Assembly: GCA_032718475.1 (NCBI GenBank)
Contig: JAUCBJ010007926.1
Coordinates: forward strand, 62,001 to 126,000
Direction: 5' to 3'
Source: Nemertoderma westbladi
Taxonomy: Eukaryota > Animalia > Xenacoelomorpha
DNA length: 64,000 bases
Every line of letters begins with the position of its first letter. Position 1 is the first letter of the stretch. The position numbers and the translations under genes are program-made. The notes below the pieces were generated by a model. It searched no databases and had not been told where the DNA came from. It saw only the letters and a list, made by a program, of their open reading frames with translations. Shown one piece after another: positions 60,279-64,000 of the stretch.

Positions 60279-63200
60279 TTACTGACCCGCTCCTGGGTTC
60301 TTTGGGCTCGCTCCTCTCTTTCGCCCCCTACCCAGATACACCAATCGTCCTCCAATCGACTCTGTTGACGTGGTCCATGAGGCGTCACTCCCCGGAACTG
60401 GCGACGATGTTCCCTGAGCTCCGACAGATTCCCGGCTCGTGCTTCTCCTTCGGCCTCGTCCCAATTGTCATGCTCCTGTGGTCGCTTCCGCCAACTCTTC
60501 CTTCTGCAACTGCACCCGCGCCTTCTCCGACGCTCCCTGCGCCTTGCGCTGCAATCGCTGAGCTTCTATAATCGAGTGATAGTGGTCGTCACTGACTTGA
60601 CGCTTGTCTTGGACCTCTCCTCCTGGTTCTTTCCGCGAGCTCCGAGCTCCAGCGGTCGTCGTTGTGGGCGCTGCGGTTCGCTGTTCCTCTATCCTTTGAG
60701 CGGTCAACAACCCCACTGGTACGTGAGTCAACAGGAATTCGTTGCGGTATTGAATAGCCGCCATCCTCCAATCTCCTCGCGCGCGCACCACTTTCCTAGT
60801 TTCCGAAAACAAACCCTTCGTAATATGGTCACAAATAGCAACAAAGTTCCAAGTGTACTTGTTGTCCATATTCAGTTGTCTGAAGTATTCCCGAACGACT
60901 ATGACTCCAGTGTTCTGTGGAAGGTCTTGAGCAGTTAGGATGAGCACCTGATATTGTGGTAGCGACTGCAGATATGGTTTGTACGCAACATGTGATGGAT
61001 CTACCGCCCAAAACCCATATCCCGCCTTAAATGGTAACCAACGCATCTGCGCTTGAATGTGGTAGTCGGCCACACTCTCCCACTTATCTAGCATCTCCCG
61101 AAGTAGGTTAGCGCTATGGTTCTGGAAGGAATCGTCTCGCAGTTGGCATCTCGCGCTACGATGTCCCTTTACTCCACAATACCCACATTGAGAAATGAAA
61201 ACGGTGCACGTATGAAACGAATGGTCGGTCTCATTGCACCAACGGCAGACCTTATGCGCCGCCTCCACTACCGCGTCGCACGATTTTTGATTGTGCCTTG
61301 TGCTGCCGCACAACTTGCACCTACGCGCTTGTGGAAACCAGGCCCTCTCGTATATGAGGTCTCCAATCGGTTTCGCACTTCCTTCTTTCCCAATGTCTAA
61401 TACGATGTCGTCCTCTCCGGTTAAAGGTTGTCGATCCGGAGCGAAGTAAACATCCTCCCCTTGTCCTCTATCTCCAATATTTCCTCCCGCGTTCGTTTTG
61501 GATATGTCTTCTCCACCGGAAGATCTACTCCAAACACCTCTACTAACGTCTCCGGCCAACCCTCTCTAACAGGTATATCAGCCTCCGAGTGGAAGGGAGT
61601 ACCAAACCCGCGGGTTTGATTCCCAAACCACTTCTCCAAAGCTTCTGGCGTCGGATACTCCATCGACGGTCGGTCTCCCAAATCTCCGATATTCTGTTGA
61701 TATATCCCTTCGAATATCGCTAATCCTCTCCTAACCATCGACGTATTCTCTAGCGATTGGTTGAAGAACGGGGTTAAGAAATGCTTCATCATGTCGGATT
61801 GGATTCCTCCTTTCGAGCGAACGTATTGATCTCCTCCGAACACCAATGGATGACGCTTCAAAACTTGCGCAACGATATCCGCTAATAAACAAGTTACCGT
61901 GTTCAATTCAAGCACCAAATAATATTGTAGTGACGCATGGGGTGGCGCGCATATGTTCCAATTCACCAACGCTTGCTGCTTGAAGTGGGATTTGAACTCC
62001 GTTCCCGGTGGCGTGTTATATTCACCATACGCCTCCTCGTATTTCTTCTGCGTCTTCAACTTGAAGTCCCAATTATACAATAAATGTGCTATGAAGCCCA
62101 TACCAGTCTTGGCAGAGTTGGGATACTCCCTATAAATTCCCATGTCTTGTGCCCATAGCAACAATAGCTTGGTGTCGACAAACGGTCTCGGCAATCTATC
62201 TTCTAAATCAGTCATGGCGTTGAAGTCACTCTCCAAATCGCTCAGGACTCCCGATCCCACCTTGACGTAATCTTGGCTAAGAATCGCCTCTCTAACCTTC
62301 TTGGGTAGCATCCTGGCGTCGATACGCTCCGCTCCGTGCATACCTCCTCGCCTGCATACCTCCAAAATCTGTTCCCTAGGATCCTTCCCCTTCCGATATT
62401 GTGTCGTGATTATGGGCTCCGGTCTCTCTCTATCCGCTCTTACGCACATAAACACATGAGTCACACCATCGGCCGCGCGAATTTGAATGCACTTACTAGT
62501 CAAGCATTCCTGATGAGACCCTCCTTCATTGTCGTAGAACATCACTCTCCAATCCTGCAGTGATTCCTCCGTTTTCCTCCACTGACGCTGAATCTCGTCG
62601 GATGGGGTCCACATGCGCTCGATAGCCTTGTGGTCGTCATATCGGGTGTAAGATCCCTTTCTCCTCAGCCACGCCTGGTCTACCTCCTCGTCATCTGGGA
62701 ATGTAGCCACCGCGACCCATACCTTGATGTACTTATCTAACCATCCAAATAACTTACTCTCTTTTCCCGGAGCTCCAATTTTATCCAATGTGTCGTAGTC
62801 TGTGATCTGCATCGGGACATCACGCAAGAACTTCGCGCATAAAACTTCCCGTAGACAGTCGACATTCCAATGATCCGACATTCTCACCATCGGCAAGAAT
62901 CTAATCGCTTCTCGCGACTCTGGGTGATCTACCAATATCGCAGGTTCGTTGCCGTCGGAATAATACACCGGTCGGGGTTGAGATACGACCTGTGGAACAA
63001 ATCCGGTCACGCTCCTCGTCTCCTCTTGATGTCTATCCGCGGTCTTATTATACTCCGCTACCCGCGCTTCGAATAACTGTTTCGCCTTCGCCGCTCGCTC
63101 CTCCTGCCGCAACGCGTCTATGTCGTCCTGATGCTCAGGCGTGAGCGTTTTCGCTCGATGAGGCGAAGTAAATGTAGTCCAGGGACTCGACAGCTCCAAA

Positions 63201-63985
63201 CCCGCGGGTTTGGTACCCGAGTCCCATGCCGCTTCGCGCCGCGCCTCTAGGTCCTTGTAGGCTCGGTACAGCGAAATGGCCGCTGCTGTCTCTATCAAAC
63301 TGGGTGTCGAACAGGGTTTAATCTCCGTATACGGATCTAAAGTCATAACGGTCGGTGTAATGGGTCTTGGAGGTTGCTTTCCGCTGAAGTCGATACTGAT
63401 CATCGGGTTGCTCATTGGGTAACCTCCCTCGTTATATCTAAGGAATTGGTGAGCTTGGCATCGCGTTAATATCGGTTCAGGATGTTGCTCGTCCAATTGG
63501 TCGGGAATTGCTACGTCTTGTTTGTTCATGCATTCCCCACATCTGTAGAACAACTTGTATACACTGAAGACCTTCGACGTTTCTTGATCCTCGCCTCGAG
63601 TCCTCCGATACAGATGCATTCCGTCGAACTGATCTCGGACTGCAGGTAAAGGCTCTTCGTGTCGTAAATACATGTTCATATGGTACAGCCGCGCAATCTC
63701 CTCGTCCGGGTCTGCACTAATGTCACATACGTCTAACGCGAAATCGTAGGGATACCAAGTGCGATACTCCTTCCGCAAAACTTCCATACGGTCCCCCAAC
63801 GCTCTCATTCTTTCCCTCCTTAACACTTTATCATAAGCGGGTTTATACTTCCCATTTAGCTCAATTACCGACCTCCCATGGTAGTAAACGTTCGAATCTT
63901 TACATCCCGGTCGGGCAAATGGTAGCTCCGCCTCCTCTCTGGCAGTAAATCCTCTCCGCGGTTGCGCTCTAATTTCCTTCTCCAT
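60279..63985 (-). pseudogene. 'exo-B': large DEDDy-like exonuclease + three CCHC knuckle gene, one frameshift and one late stop
   Basis: 854-aa ORF with FYDNEG, CIQIRAADG, LPKKVREAILSQDYVKVGSGVLSD, FVDTK, GMGFIA, QYYLVLE; overlapping ORF 60468-61559 with CKLC..H..C, CRWC..H..C, CGYC..H..C; intronless. Confidence 0.8.
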
Positions 63986-64000
63986 TATGAGCCGCGTATA

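Overview
Eukaryotic (probably invertebrate animal) DNA, almost entirely nested transposon debris. Most of it appears to sit in one ~45 kb intron of a secreted EGF-domain gene (signal-peptide exon 4773-4857, EGF exon 49829-49939). Main components: several copies of one RTE-like LINE, three partial BEL/Pao LTR retrotransposons plus a solo LTR, TTAA piggyBac-like MITEs, other decayed LINEs and tandem repeats. The most interesting system is the BEL/Pao family. (1) It has no tRNA-type PBS; instead the 9-10 nt after the 5' LTR are complementary to a hairpin loop inside the element's own LTR, and the pairing covaries between two subfamilies, suggesting self-priming. (2) It carries an extra ORF after pol encoding a DEDDy-type (WRN/EXD/Mut-7-like) 3'-5' exonuclease fused to three CCHC knuckles; a divergent paralogue of this gene is also present in three pieces. 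All calls were made by eye without alignments or database searches, so boundaries of decayed elements are approximate.
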